64,000 bases of DNA. Origin: Mobula hypostoma (Eukaryota). The position numbers and the translations under genes were made by a program. Below the pieces are notes generated by a model. That model saw only the letters and a program-made list of their open reading frames with translations. It did not search any database and was not told the DNA's origin. The stretch covers positions 11,594,001 to 11,658,000 of the forward strand of contig NC_086108.1 in NCBI RefSeq assembly GCF_963921235.1, read 5' to 3'. Below are positions 25,684 to 38,302 of the stretch, in pieces. Position 1 is the stretch's first letter. Each line of letters starts with the position of its first letter.

Positions 25684-26200
25684 GGAGGAGAGTACACGGG
25701 GGAAGTAATATGCAGGTGTGAAGAAGTTAAAGGTCAGAGTGAGGAACAGAGGAAGAGGAGGAAGGAGAAATATTTTTATCAAAAGGAGATATCGATATTC
25801 ATGCCATCAGGTTGGAGGCTACCTAGACGGAATATAAGGTGTTTCTCCTCCAACCTGAGGGTAGCCTCATTGCAGCACAAGAGGAGGACATGGACTGACA
25901 TGTTGGAACAAGAATGGAAATTGGTTAGCCTCCTTCCCCTCCCCCCACATTCTCCCTTCCTTCTCAGTCCTGAAGAAGGCTCTCAATCTAAGTTGTCAAC
26001 TGTTTATTCATTTCCATAGATGCTGCCTGATCTGCTGGGTTTGTATAGCATTTTGTATGTGTTGCTCTGGATTTCCAGCATCTGCAGACTTCCTCATGAT
26101 GATGATCTACAGAGGGAAATGAACAGTCAATGTTTCAGGTCAAGACCCTTTATCGGAACTGGAAAGGAAGGGAGCAGAAGCCAGAATAAAAAGTGTTGGG
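25684..26200. mobile_element. Cluster of Penelope 3'-end/terminal-repeat fragments in mixed orientation
   Basis: Minus-strand GIY-YIG tail ~25780-25920; degenerate hammerhead-bearing repeats at ~25965 (+) and ~26125-26160 (-). Confidence 0.7.
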
Positions 26201-26257
26201 TGGCAGTGGTGGTAGGAGGAGGGCAAATTTCTATAGATGTACCGTGGAGAATATACT

Positions 26258-27469
26258 GACTCTCATAACTACCTCGACTATACCTCTTCCCACCCCGCCA
26301 CATGCAAAAATGCCATTCCCTATTCCCAGTTCCTCCGTCTCTGCCACATCTGCTCCCAGGTTGAGGCATTCCGTTCCAGGACATCTCGAATGTCCGCTTT
26401 CTTTAAGGATCGTGGTTTCCCTTCTGCCATCATCAGTGATGCCGTCACCCGCATCTCCTCCATTTCCCGCACTTCGGCCCTCACCCCATCCTCCCACAAC
26501 CACAACAGGGACAGAGTTCCCCTTGTCCTCACCTACCACCCCACTAGCCTCCAGATCCAGCACATTATCCTCCACAACTTCTGCCACCTTCAACAGGACC
26601 CCACCTCTAAACACATCTTTCCCTCTCCACCACTCTCTGCTTTTTGCAGGGATCAGTCCCTCCGCGACTCCCTGATCCACACGTTCCCCCCCCCACGGAT
26701 CTCCCACCTGGCACTTATCCCTGTAAGTGTAAGTGCTACACCTGTCCCTACACCTCCTCTCTTTTTACCATTCAGGGCCCCAAACAGTCCTTCCAGGTGA
26801 GGCAACACTTCACTTGTGAGTCTGTTGGGGTCATCTATTGCATCCGGTGCTCCCGGTGCGGCCTCCTCTACATCGGTGAACCCGACGCAGATTGGGGGAC
26901 CACTTCGTCGAGCACCTCCTGCCACAACAGACAGGATATCTCGATTGCCACCCACTTCAACTCTGCTTCCCATACCCATTCGGATATGTCCGTACATGGC
27001 CTCCTCTACTGCCATGATGAGGCTAAACTCAGGCTGGAGGAGCAACACCTCATATATCGTCTAGGTAGTCTCCAGCCCCTTGGTACGAACATAGAATTCT
27101 CCAACTTCCGGTAATTCCCTCCCCCTCCCTTCCCCTATCCCTATTTTACTCTGCCCCCTCCCCCAGCTGCCTATCACCTCCCTCATGGTTCCGCCTCCTT
27201 CTACTACCCATTGTGTTTTCCCCTATTCCTTCTTCACCTTTCCTGCCTATCCCCTCCCTGCCTCCCCCTCCCCCACCCCTTTATCTTTCCCCTTACTGGT
27301 TTTTCAACTGAAACCTACCAGCCTTCTCCTTCCCATCTTCCCTCCACCTTCTTTATAGGGCCTCTGCCCCTTCCCTCTTCAGTCCTGACGAAGGGTTCCG
27401 GCCCGAAATGTTGACTGATTGTTTCCACGGATGCTGCCCGATCTGCTGAGTTCCTCCAGCGTGTTGTGA
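26258..27469 (+). mobile_element. 5'-truncated Penelope-like element (RT C-terminus, GIY-YIG endonuclease, terminal repeat) inserted in a Rex fragment
   Basis: YLDYTSSHP...IPYSQFLRL; FTCESVGVIYCIRCSRCGLLYIGE...HFN...EQHLIYRLGSLQPLG.N; imperfect TSD gtggagaa(t/c)at at 26244 and 27470. Confidence 0.93.
27380..27417 (+). ncRNA. Minimal type I hammerhead ribozyme motif (Penelope), partly decayed
   Basis: CAGTC-CTGACGA-agggttccggccc-GAAA-TGTT-GACTG; helix III altered by two C>T changes relative to the copy at 33733. Confidence 0.6.
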
Positions 27470-28689
27470 GTGGAGAACATTCCACTGGTTGAGTTATCAT
27501 CTGGCTTTGGCGCAGGAGGGAGGGAGCGCTACTACACAGGATTGAAATAAGTTGCGGAGAGTTGAAAAGTTAGTCAGTTCCATTATGAGGACTTGCCTCC
27601 GTAGCATCCAGGACATCTTCAAGGAGCAACGCCTCAGAAAGGCAACATTCATCGTTAAAGACTCCTATCACACAAGACAGGCCCTCTTCTCATTGCTACC
27701 ATCAGGAAGGAGGTACAGGACCCTGAAGACACACTCAGCGATTCAGGAACAACTTCTTCACCTCTGTCATCTGATTTCTGAATAGATATTGAACCCATAA
27801 ACACTACCACAGTACTTACTTAATTTCTGCTTTTGCATTATTTATTTAATTTAACTATTTAATATATGGTGATAGGTGATTCCAGGTGAGAAGGGGAAAT
27901 GATGAGGGTGGGAGTGGTTTGTACTATTCCAGATTTCCAACATTTGCAGTTTCCTCTGAGTGTCTTCCCACCTGTGACTAATTTCTAAAATTAGGAAGGG
28001 CATTGTCAATTCTTTTGTTTGATTGGGAGGCTTGATGAGCATGTCAAGACAACAGGGATGGAGTTGAATGATGAAGGGAATTGTTGAGAAACATTGAACT
28101 CTTGAGTGGGAAAAGAAACTTGGGACACAGGATGTAACCTGGCATCAACACAGGGGAATTCCCACTTAGTGAAGACATTCTTATTCTGGGGATCAGAAGG
28201 ACAGATCTGAGTACCATTCCACCTACTTCCTCTCTGAGAATGACGACTTATCAAGGACCTGAAGACCATAAGACCATAAGATATAGGAGCAGAATTAGGC
28301 CATTTGCCCATTGAGTCTTCTCCGCCATTTCATCATGGTTGATCCATTATCCCTCTCTGTCCCAATCTCCTGCCTTTTCCCCATATCCCTTCATGCCTTG
28401 ACTAATCAGGTACCTATCAACCTCTGCCTTGTCCTCAATGACTTGCCCTCCACGCCTCCAAGAGGAACGCAACCTTGTGGTAGAGTTTGGAGGCTTGTGT
28501 GCCTCAGTGACCGGGAGAGCTATGTTGGCTGGAATCAGGGCCTTGTGCTTCAGCTCTTGGTTGGGTCACCTATGCCAAACAGGTTAAAAGTGCCCCATCG
28601 GTCTTTCAGGTTTGGTAGGTTTAGCTCAAGGCTAACAAACCAGACTGGTTGAAAAAAATTGTTATTGAAACAACAATGATGTGACCTTC

Positions 28690-29311
28690 TGTCACGGTCC
28701 GGTCTGTTGACTCCTCATTTCAGTTAATTTCCTTTTCCCCATGTTCCACTGGGCTCCTTGATTAGGGTGCCTGACCCTCATTCGAACTGGCAGCATAAAA
28801 ACTCCAGCTTACATCTACTCGCTGCTGGTTCGTCACCTCAGTAGTGCAGCTATGCCCATTCCGGGCTGCCGAAAACGAGTCGAGTCGAGTCAAGAGCCTG
28901 TCATTCACTGTTCCTGGGTTGAGTCGAGAGCCTGTCGCCCGCAGCTCCTGGGACGAGTCGAGAGCCTGTCATCCGCTGTTCCTGGGTCGAGTCGAGAGCC
29001 TGTCATCCAGCTGAGTTTTGCCGGCCGTTTGCTGCTTCACGTGCTACCCGGAGTCAAGATATGAATGGACTGTTGTTTGTTTTTGTCTTCTTGTGTCCGG
29101 CTGAGTACTGCAGGCCGATTGCCGCAGCTCTGAATTGTCTGTCGTTGTTTGGTTTTGTCACTTGTTGTCCAAGTCCTGGCTCGGTGTTCAAGTCAAATCC
29201 AAGTCCAAGCTCCGAGTCCAAGTCAATGTTAAAGTCTGCATAAGAATCCTAACCCGCTCTCCATGCCTGTGTCCTGCACTTGGGTCCGCTCCCAAACGCC
29301 CCACTGCATCA
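28690..29311 (+). mobile_element. Solo LTR related to 23061-24066, inserted in an RTE-type element
   Basis: TG...CA; TSD CCTTC/CCTCC; shares TGTCACGGTCCGGTC and tgcacttgggtccg.tccca ends with the 23 kb LTR; internal gagtcgagagcctgtc repeats. Confidence 0.8.
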
Positions 29312-30431
29312 CCTCCTATATCTGTGTTCGGGCAGAGATGGAGGATCTTCATTGCTGCCCTAAACAGCAGTGGCATAAAGGGCAGTACCTTAGCCTCCAC
29401 AGCCACCTGTAGCAACTGGGAGGGATTACCAAAGTGGAGTACTAGGCCATGTCAACTACAGGGCCTTGGCAAAGAGGCAAGTGACCACAGTTATGAGGAG
29501 ATCCTCAGTGTCTCTGGGCTAGACGGTGAGTGGCTCTGGACAGATGATTGCAGTAAGGATTGCTCTCTGGCTTGTTGGACAGGATGTCATTACTGACGTC
29601 AAGTTAGAGTGAGTGTCTATTAATGAATGTATTAATGGCAAAATTGAAGGCTAGATTACCTCAAGAGCAATTTCTTAGATTTAACTGAAACTTATTTATT
29701 AAAATGACCATAAAATGATGTGCTGATGCAGATGCCAAGGACAAGGTAGTATCTTATGAATGTTAATTATGAGCTGTTGGCTAGATGTTAATTCGAGCCA
29801 TGGTGCTGAGACAAATTTTATTCTTCACTGAGATTTTTCTGTTATCATTCACCCAGAATTAGTTACTCCTCCCTGTTAGTAGGAGTAAATTATAGGATCC
29901 TTAACCATTCAGGACCCCGTTCAGGCTCCTGTATCTCCTTCCTGATGGTAGCAAGGAGGAGAGGACATGTCCTGGGTGATGGGAGTCCTTAATGATCGAT
30001 GCCACCTTTTTGAGGCATTGCTCCTTGAAGATGTCCTGGATACTATGGAAGATAGTACCTATGATGGAGCTGACTAAGTTTACAACTCTCTGCAGTTTGC
30101 TTCAATCCTACGGAGTAGCCCCCCCACCCCCAACTCCAATCCATAACAGACAGTGATGAAGCTAGGCAGAATACTGTCCATGATACATCTGCAGAAGTTT
30201 TCAAATGTTTTAGATAGAGAAATGTTGAGGGACAGGTGAGGGCAGGAGTGAAGGGAGACAGGTGAGGGAGAGGTGGGGGTTGGTGGTGAGAGTAAGGGTA
30301 GAAGAGAGGATTAGGAGTGAGATGGATGGGCACTTGCTTGTAGGTCAGCACCTGCCTGTACCACTGAGTTGCATACCTCGGACACAGTTGGAAGGGTTGG
30401 AAGCTCAGACCAAGCTGTCAGCTCACCACCA

Positions 30432-30930
30432 CTCGACCTCTTTCCCTTCCTATACCTCTGGCCTTCCCTCTTTCCTCACCCCTCTCCCGATCTGTCTCCC
30501 CCTTCTCACTCCCCATCTCGCTCCCCCTTCCCTCTCCCCACTCTTCACCTCTTCACTCTCCCCATCTGTCTCCCTTGACTCTCCCCATCACTCTTCCCTT
30601 TCCTCTCCCCACTCCTTTCTTGCCTCCCTTCTACTCACCCTCTCCCCTTTCCTTCTCCCCATCCCTCTCCCCTTCCCTCTCCCCACCCCTTTTCCCCTCT
30701 TTTCTACTCACCCCTCTCCCCGTCTGTCTCCCCCTTCCCTCTCCCCATCTCTCTCCCCCTTCCCACTCCCCATCCCTTTTCCCTTCCCTCTCCCCATCCC
30801 TTTTCCCCTCTCTTCTACTCACCCCTCTCCCCTTTCCTTCTCCCCACCCCACCTACTTCCTTCCTTCTCCCACCCACCTCCACGCTCCTACTCATCCACC
30901 TCCCTTCCACCTGCCCACGGCCCCACCCCA
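30432..30930. repeat. CT-rich polypyrimidine low-complexity tract
   Basis: About 500 bp almost devoid of G. Confidence 0.9.
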
Positions 30931-31339
30931 TGAGCCTCAACCAGCCCGACACCTGATCAGCAGCAGACTGCCATGCATGAGTGTCGGCAGGGAGGGGACT
31001 GTGCTTGGGGAAGGATGTGGGCACACTATACAATGTGGTAACAGTCCCATCCACCTTGTGTTTCCCCAAAGCCCCGCAGAAGGAGGTCACCAGCCCATGG
31101 CGTGAGACAACAACATCTCAGGCTGCCCTTTGGAAGGTGGGCATCTTGTGCCCCAGTGCGTCGGAGACAGGACCCCGCAGACTCTGCACAATCGGGCAGG
31201 AGGGGCCTGACGGTGCCAGGTGTCGGGGGAGGAGTGGGTGCGCCGGGTGCAGTTTGGAAGTTGAAGCACATCTCTCATCCTTCCACTCTTCTTAGTTCAC
31301 AGCAGCTTCCTGAAAGCTCTTCTCACCGTTGAGTGACTG

Positions 31340-31620
31340 TGGAACAGAGGTTCCCAGGAGTGAGCTGGAATTTTGCCTTGTTCCAGGGAAGCTTTGAGCA
31401 TGTCATCAAATTGTTTCCTCTGGCCTTCCAGTGACCAGAGCTCAGAGAGGTGGACTGAGGGTGGTGCCAGGGACAGTCACTCTACTGTAGGTGGACCATG
31501 TCTCAGAGGCTGACAGGAGGCCTGGCATCATTGAGACACCGAGCTTTATGCCATATTTGATGTCCTGATCTTCAAACATTCTTAAACAATTTTCAAAAGC
31601 AGTGCTGCACATGGAAGCCC
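31340..31620 (-). mobile_element. Highly decayed RTE-like LINE C-terminal remnant
   Basis: Minus strand ggccagaggaaacaatttgatgacatgctcaaagcttccctg = GQRKQFDDMLKASL. Confidence 0.5.
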
Positions 31621-31879
31621 ACAGTAAATCTTATCATCCATGTCGTCCTCACAGTGAACTGACTTCTGAGCAGCTCAAGTCTCTCTGAGTCTGACTGAAA
31701 TTGTGATGTTATAAAGCAGGGACCGTTTAGTAGATGATGTTTGTTTTTCAAACATCTTATTTAAGTAAAGACATGAACAATCGCGCTGAGGTTTGACTGG
31801 GAGAAAGTTCTATCATAGCGGCCTTGGGGGCTGGTGAGTAAGGATGGAGGTAGGTGGGCCGGAGGGGTAAACCTTTCAA

Positions 31880-32490
31880 AAGTTCGAAGTAAATTTATTA
31901 TCAAAGTACATAAATTTCATCATATACAACCCTGAAATTCATTTATTGTGGGCAAACTCAATAAATCTTTGGAATAACCGTAACAGAATCAATAAAAGAC
32001 CGCCCAGTTTGGGAGTTAAATCAGAGTGCAGAAGACAAAAACTGTGCAAATACAAAAAGAAAGAAACAATAATAATAAATAAATAAGCAATAAATATTGA
32101 AAGCATGAGATGAAAAGTCCTTGAAAGTGAGCCCATAGGTTGTGGAAACATTTCAATGATGGGACAAGTGAAAGTGAGTGAAGTTATCCCCTTCATCTCT
32201 GATGAAGTTGGCAGAGTTTGTCATCAAGATGTCAGCTGAAATCAATACCTGTACCTGGCTGAAAGCCCGAGAAGAGTTTATTTGTCATATATGCTGGGAC
32301 AGCACCAGATCCTTTATCCCCTTTGATTAAAGAGCCTGATGGTTGAGGGGTTAAAACTGTTCTTGAACCTGGTGGTCCTGAGGCTCTTGTACCTTCTTCC
32401 TGATGGCATCAGCGAGAAGAGAGCATGACCTGGGTGGTGGGGGTCTCAGATGATGAATGCTGCTTTCCTACTACAGCATTTCATGCCGAT
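31880..32490 (-). mobile_element. Rex/Babar 3' fragment (similar at ~29920-30215 -, 34270-34945 -, 45590-45945 +)
   Basis: HPGHAL..LLPSGRRYKSLRT motif plus the 3' UTR ending tactttgataataaattt. Confidence 0.8.
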
Positions 32491-33626
32491 GTGAAAGTGT
32501 GAAGGGAAACCCACACCCAGGGTGGTCATGGCAAGGTCAGAGTTGAGAGTCCTGAACAACCAGCTTCAGCAACAGTTATTACCCCTCAACCCCTGGGCTC
32601 CTGGACCAGCATGGATAACCTCACTCACCTCAATAATGAATAGATTCCACAACCTATGGACTCACTTTCAAGAATGCTACAACTCATGTTCTCAGTATTA
32701 TTGATTTACTCATTTTTTGTTATTTGCTTTTATTTGAACTTTGAATTTTGATCTGTGTTCTTTTGCTCATTGGTTGTTTGTTAGTGTATCACAAATTCCA
32801 TTTTACTTCTTTATTTTCCTGTGACTGCCTGCAAGAAACTGAATATCAAGGTAGTATACGGCGACATGTATGTACCTTGAACTGAGTGGGAAATCGTGAC
32901 CAGTGGGACTGGGACAGCTGCATTCAGATTCTCAGAGGACACCCAGCCCCTTTGGAAGGTGAAGCTTTGATCAGGTCATCGAGTGGCCAGTCAGCCCACT
33001 ATGTCTGTGCTGATCATTTTTTTGTCCATTGACGCTAGTCCCACTTTTCTGCGTTAGGTGGGAGGTGGGAGGAGCTAGGAAAGATGGTGCCAGAGGTTTC
33101 TGTAGACCTGGTGACTTCTTCCAGTTCATCCATGAAGCAACTTATCCTTCCTTTCTCATGTCTCTCTTTTCTTCTCAAAGTTCGAGGTGGCTGGGGTCCT
33201 GTCAGAGCCCGTGATCTACAGCTACAGCTCAAACCACAGTTCTCCGCAAACTGTGGGTTTTCACTCCGGCCATGCGGCCTGGTGTTTCGATGTCTCCAGG
33301 AGGGACCTGCAAGATGTGCACATTTGGGGTATGGCTCCATGGAAGACCTGGTTCCTCACTGATGTCACCAACTGAAGTGTCGTGGGGGATTGAGACATCG
33401 AGACAGCAGGCGGTGTCCCACGACACCCCTGTACTTGAGTGATCTCTCTTTTTCCTTTGATGGAGAGTGAGATCCTGCCGGTCCTCAAGTTGAGGGACTC
33501 GGAGAAGTGACACAGAGGATTATAACCTCGGGCCAGTGAGCTGCTGGTCTCTCGCCCTCATTGCTGCAGGAACGCGACCTCTCTCTCCCTCGCTAGTGAG
33601 GGCGAGCCGGGCTGAGATAACATAGT

Positions 33627-33865
33627 AACATACATCAAAGTTGCTGGTGAACGCAGCAGGCCAAGCAGCATCTGTAGGAAGAGGTGCAGTCGACGTTTCA
33701 GGCCGAGACCCTTACTCACTCTTCCTTCAGTTAGTCCTGACGAAGGGTCTCGGCCTGAAACGTCGACTGCACCTCTTCCTACAGATGCTGCTTGGCCTGC
33801 TGCGTTCACCAGCAACTTTGATGTATGTTGCTTGAATTTCCAGCATCTGCAGAATTCCTGTTGTT
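33627..33865 (+). mobile_element. Young Penelope terminal-repeat insertion with 5' inversion, forming a perfect 87-bp hairpin
   Basis: Arms 33627-33713 and 33743-33829 are exact reverse complements; TSD TGAGATAACATAGT at 33613-33626 and 33866-33879. Confidence 0.92.
33733..33768 (+). ncRNA. Minimal type I hammerhead ribozyme, intact core
   Basis: AGTC (helix I) CTGACGA agggtctcggcct (helix II) GAAA C GTC^GACT; palindromic ACGT helix III, as described for Penelope hammerheads. Confidence 0.8.
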
Positions 33866-35189
33866 TGAGATAACATAGTGCTGGATTATGGACAGTTGTT
33901 TTTGATGGACTCCAGATCAAAGTCTGTTTGGGGGGCTTTTGCCATCGCTTGCATGGTGGTGGTGGTTTGGTGCTAATGCTGGTGCAAGTGAGGGTCAAAG
34001 CTTTTGCTGCTGCTTGTGCGTGGGGGTCTTTGGTGTTCTGATGTTTCTGTCATTCATTCTTTGGGTTTTTTCTGTTTCATGGATGTCTATGAAGAGTAAG
34101 AATTTCAGGTTATATACTATACTCATTGTCTGATATTAAGTGGAATCATTTGAGCCATATCCTTCTATGCTTTGATCATTCCAATGTCTATCTGAGTGAC
34201 TCTTACAGTAGTGGTGTCTAACTTCAGTATCTCCTCTGGCAGGTGAGCTCCAGACATCAAAGTACTGACAAAGTTCAAAGTCAATTTTATTACTGAAGTA
34301 CATATATGTCATCATATACAACCCTGAGGTTCATTATCTTGTGGGCATACTCAGCAAATCTATAGAATAGTAACTATAACAGGATCAATGAAAGATCAGC
34401 CAGAGTGCAGAAGACAACAAACTGTGCAAATGTAAGTATAAATAAATAGCCATAAATAATGAGAACATGAGATAATGAGAAAAAGAGTCCTTAAAGTGAG
34501 ATCATTGGTTGTGGGAACATCTCAATGACAGAGAAAGTGAGTGTAGTTTATCCCCTTCTATTCCAGAGCCTGATGATTGAGGGATAGTAACTGTTCCTGA
34601 ACCTGATGGTGCGAGTCCTGAGGCTCTTGTACCTTCTACCTGATGGCAGCAACCAGAAGAGAGCATGGCCTGGGTGGAGGAGACCTCGGGATGGTGCTTT
34701 CCTATGATAGCACTTCCTGTAGACTTGCTCATTGGTTGGGAGGGCTTCACCCATGATGGACTGGGCCGAATCCACTGCCGTTTGTAGGATTTTCCACTCA
34801 AAGGCATAGGTGCTTCCATACTGGGCCGTGATGTAGCCAGTCAATACACTGTCCACTACACACCTATGTTTGTCAAAGTTTCAGATATCTTGCCAAATCT
34901 CCACAAACTCCTGAGTAAAGGCATTGCCTTGCTTTCTGCGCAATTGCATCTCCTCTCACAGCTTACCCCCTCTGATCACTTCTTCAAAAAAAACTCCTTC
35001 CTTCCACCTTAAACACATAGCCTTATATCCATGCCTCATATAATTGTACACCCCTCTATCGAATCACCCCTCACTCCAAAGGAGACAATCCCAGCTTCTC
35101 CAAACTCTCCCAGTACACCAAATATTCCAGATGCACCACATTTTAGTGATCCTCCTCTGCACTCTCTCTAGCAATACCTCATCTTTCGG

Positions 35190-35835
35190 GATTGAAAAGC
35201 TTGTCATATGAGGAGTGTTTGATGTCTCTGAGCCTGTACTCACTGGAGTTCAGAAGAATGAGGGGTAACCTCATTGAAAACTATTAAATTTTGAAAGGCC
35301 TGGACAGCATAGATGTGTGGAGGATGTCTCCTGTGTGGGGAGTCTAGCCTCAGAGAGCACAGCTCAGAACACAGACATCCATTCAGAACAAATATGAGGA
35401 AGAATTTCTTTAGTCAGAGGGTAGGAATCTGTGAGTCAGAGGGTGGGAATCTAGAATTTCTTTAGTCAGAAGGTGGGAATCTCTGGAATCTTTAGTTAGA
35501 GGGTGGGAATCTGGAATTTCTTTCGTTGCAGGGTGGGAATTTGTGGAATTTCTTTAGGCAGATTGTGGGAATCTGGAATCTTTAGTCAGAGGGTGGAGAT
35601 CTGGAATTTCTTTCATTACAGTGTGGGAATTTGTGGAATTTCTTTCGTTGTAGGGTGGGAATCTGTGAAATTTCTTGAGTCAGAGGGTGGGAATCTGGAA
35701 TTTCTTTAGTCAGAGGGTGGGAATCTGTGGAATTCATTGTCATGGGTGGCTGTAGGCATTGGGTATACTTAAGGCAGAAGTTCTTAATTAGTCAGGGCAT
35801 GAAGAGGTATGGCGAGAAAGCAGGAGGTTGGGACA
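35190..35835 (+). mobile_element. CR1 3' fragment containing an internal tandem expansion
   Basis: gcttgtcatatgaggagtg...gagttcagaagaatgaggggtaacctcattgaaa; CR1 resumes after 35737. Confidence 0.85.
35401..35737. repeat. ~30-bp minisatellite (~12 units) derived from CR1 sequence
   Basis: Unit GGAATTTCTTTAGTCAGAGGGTGGGAATCT(GT) equals the CR1 segment encoding RNFFSQRVVNLW. Confidence 0.88.
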
Positions 35836-36416
35836 CCTTGCCAGTAGATTGGAGTGCACCATTACAGCATACAGAGAGAGGAACACTGCTTACGAAGACT
35901 GAGACCAGGAGCAGTATACAAAAACTACAGCCTTTGAAAGTGAAGTTGGAAAACACGGATACAGTACAAAATGCACCCATTTCATTTGAGAATTGGAGTT
36001 TGGAACCATTTCTTAAGCAGAGGGTTGTCAGGTGACTGATCTGTCATTCATGCAAAATGGTGGTAAAGCTCAGCAGTATCTATGGAGAGGAATAAACAGC
36101 CAATGTTTACTCCACTTACGAGAAACATCGACTGTTTACTCACTTCCATGGATGCAGCCTGATCTCCTGAGCTCCCCAGCATTTTGTGTGTGTTACTTTG
36201 GATTACCTGCATCTGCAGAATCTGCAGTGATTTATCAGTCCTGCTCTTGTGAGTGCAGGAACAAAGGGCAGAATGGCCTCCTTTAATTCCGATGTTTCCT
36301 TGCCTGTTGTGTCTTTATCAGTCCCTGCCTTTGCAGAAGATGAGAGCCGTTTTCTTGGGAAAAAGCTTGTGCTAATTGCCAAATTCCCACAATTTACTGT
36401 CAGACTATCAAATTCC

Positions 36417-37108
36417 GAGAGGTTGAGAGGAGAGAGGGAGAGATTGAGAGGAGATTGTGTGTGAGAGAGACAGAGAGAGAGAGAGAGAGTAAGAAAGGGG
36501 AAGAGATGGAAAGAGAGAGATAGAGGAAAACAAAGACACAAAGACAGAGAGAGAGGGGAAGGGAGGGAAAGAGAGAGAGAGAGAAACAAAGACACAGAGA
36601 CAGAGAGAGAGGGGAAGGGAGGGAGAGAGAGGGGGCACAAAGAGACAGAGACAGAGAAACAGAGAGAGAGGCAGAGTAAGAGAAAGAAAGGGAAGGAGAG
36701 TGAGTGAGGGGTAGAGAGAGGGAGGGAGAGAGAAAAGGGGAGAGGGAGAGGGGGGTAACAGAGACAGAGACAGAGACTGAGAGGAAGGGGAGGCAGAGAA
36801 AGAGAGGGAGAGAGAGAAAAGATAGAAGGAGGGAGGGAGAGAGAAAGAGTCAGAGAAAGAGAGAGGGAGGCACAGAGAGAGAGACAGAGATTGAGAAACA
36901 AAGAGAGGTGGAGGGTGAAAGAGAGAGAGACAAAGAGAAAGAGTGGGACAGCGATAGAGACAAAGACAGAGAGATAGGAGGCGAACAGAGAGAGAGAGAG
37001 ACAGAGAGACAGAGACAGAGAGAGGGAGGGGAGGGAGAGGGAGAGAGAGGCAGAAGAGGGAGAGAGAGATAAAGGAGCGGGAGAGAAAGAGGGAAGAGAG
37101 AGAGAAAA
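36417..37108. repeat. GA-rich polypurine tract
   Basis: About 700 bp of (GA)n/GAGACA variants. Confidence 0.92.
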
Positions 37109-37621
37109 CAAGTACCAATAGTGTGAGATACCGAGAGAAACAGAGAACTGAAATAAACCAGAACCTGTAAGTGAATTTTACAAAAGGTCATTATTTGATA
37201 AGGGCAAAACGTTTACAGAAAAGGAGATCATGATGCCAGTTACGAGTGATCTGTCAAGACAGCAACTAGGCTAAAATTCCTGATCACTTGTGTTGTGGAA
37301 TTGTGAATTTGGGATTAGAGAAAGGATGACGTTTGGTCCAGACTGATCAAATTCAGTTAAACACTGGAGTCAAGACAATGTGTTAACCTCTGGTGCCAGG
37401 CATGGATGGAATTCTATGTCTTTTTTTCTGTCTGGGAAACTGTTTATACTCAATTTGCTTGATATCAAGGAGGTCACACACTTAAAATTCTGATGTTAGA
37501 CTGATGACCTTGGATGCCATTATCGGAATAAATGGCCCCAAGGAACACCAGCAGGGGAAATCTCTCGTCCTGCTTCAACATATTGTCAAATTCGAAACCC
37601 TGACCACTTTCTCACTGATAG

Positions 37622-38302
37622 CAGACACATGAGATTCTGGAGATGATGGAAATCCAGAGCATCACACACAAAATGTTGGAGGAACTCCGCAGGACAGGCA
37701 GCATCTATAGAAATGAGTAAAAAGTCGACATTTTGGGCTGAGACCTTTCTTCAGGACTGAAAAGGAAGGGGAAAGACACCAGAATAAAGGCGTGGTGGGA
37801 GGGGAAGGAAGTCAGCTGGAAGGTGATAGGTGAAGCCAAGCTGATGGGAAAGGTCAAGGGCTAGAGAGGAAGGAATCTGATCGAAGCGGAGAGTGGACCA
37901 TAGGAGAAAGGGAAAGCGGAGGGGACCCAGGGGAAAGCAATGAGCAGGCGTGAAGAGGTAAAAGGTCAGAGTGGGAATAGAGGAAGGGGGAGAGGGGAAG
38001 AAGTTAGTTTACTGGAAGGAGAAGTCGATATTTATATCATCAGGTTGGAGACTACTCAGATTACCTGAGGCTGGCTTCATTGTGACACAAGAGGAGGTCA
38101 TGGATAAATACGTCTGAACAGGAATGGGTACTGGAATTAAAGTGTTTGGTCTCCAGGGAGTTCTGCTTGTGGATGATGTGGAGGTGTTTGATGAAGCGAT
38201 CCCCCAATTTACGATGGATCTCACCAATGTAGAGGAGGCCGCATTGGGAGCACTGGACACAATACACGGGTCAGCAGATTCGCAAGTGATTACCTCATTG
38301 GA
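37622..38302 (-). mobile_element. Penelope 3' fragment (GIY-YIG remnant and terminal repeat)
   Basis: YCVQCSQCGLLYIGEIHRKLGDRFIKHL; degenerate hammerhead ~37723-37759. Confidence 0.88.

Noticed and set aside
33150..33375. Strong splice acceptor followed by an open frame (FEVAGVLSEP...)
   Set aside because: Lies in the head of a dispersed repeat also present at ~39900 and ~53165.
36203..37191. Long ORFs of 302, 236 and 122 aa
   Set aside because: Artefacts of the GA/CT low-complexity tract; the same applies to 30262-31105 and 60923-61432.
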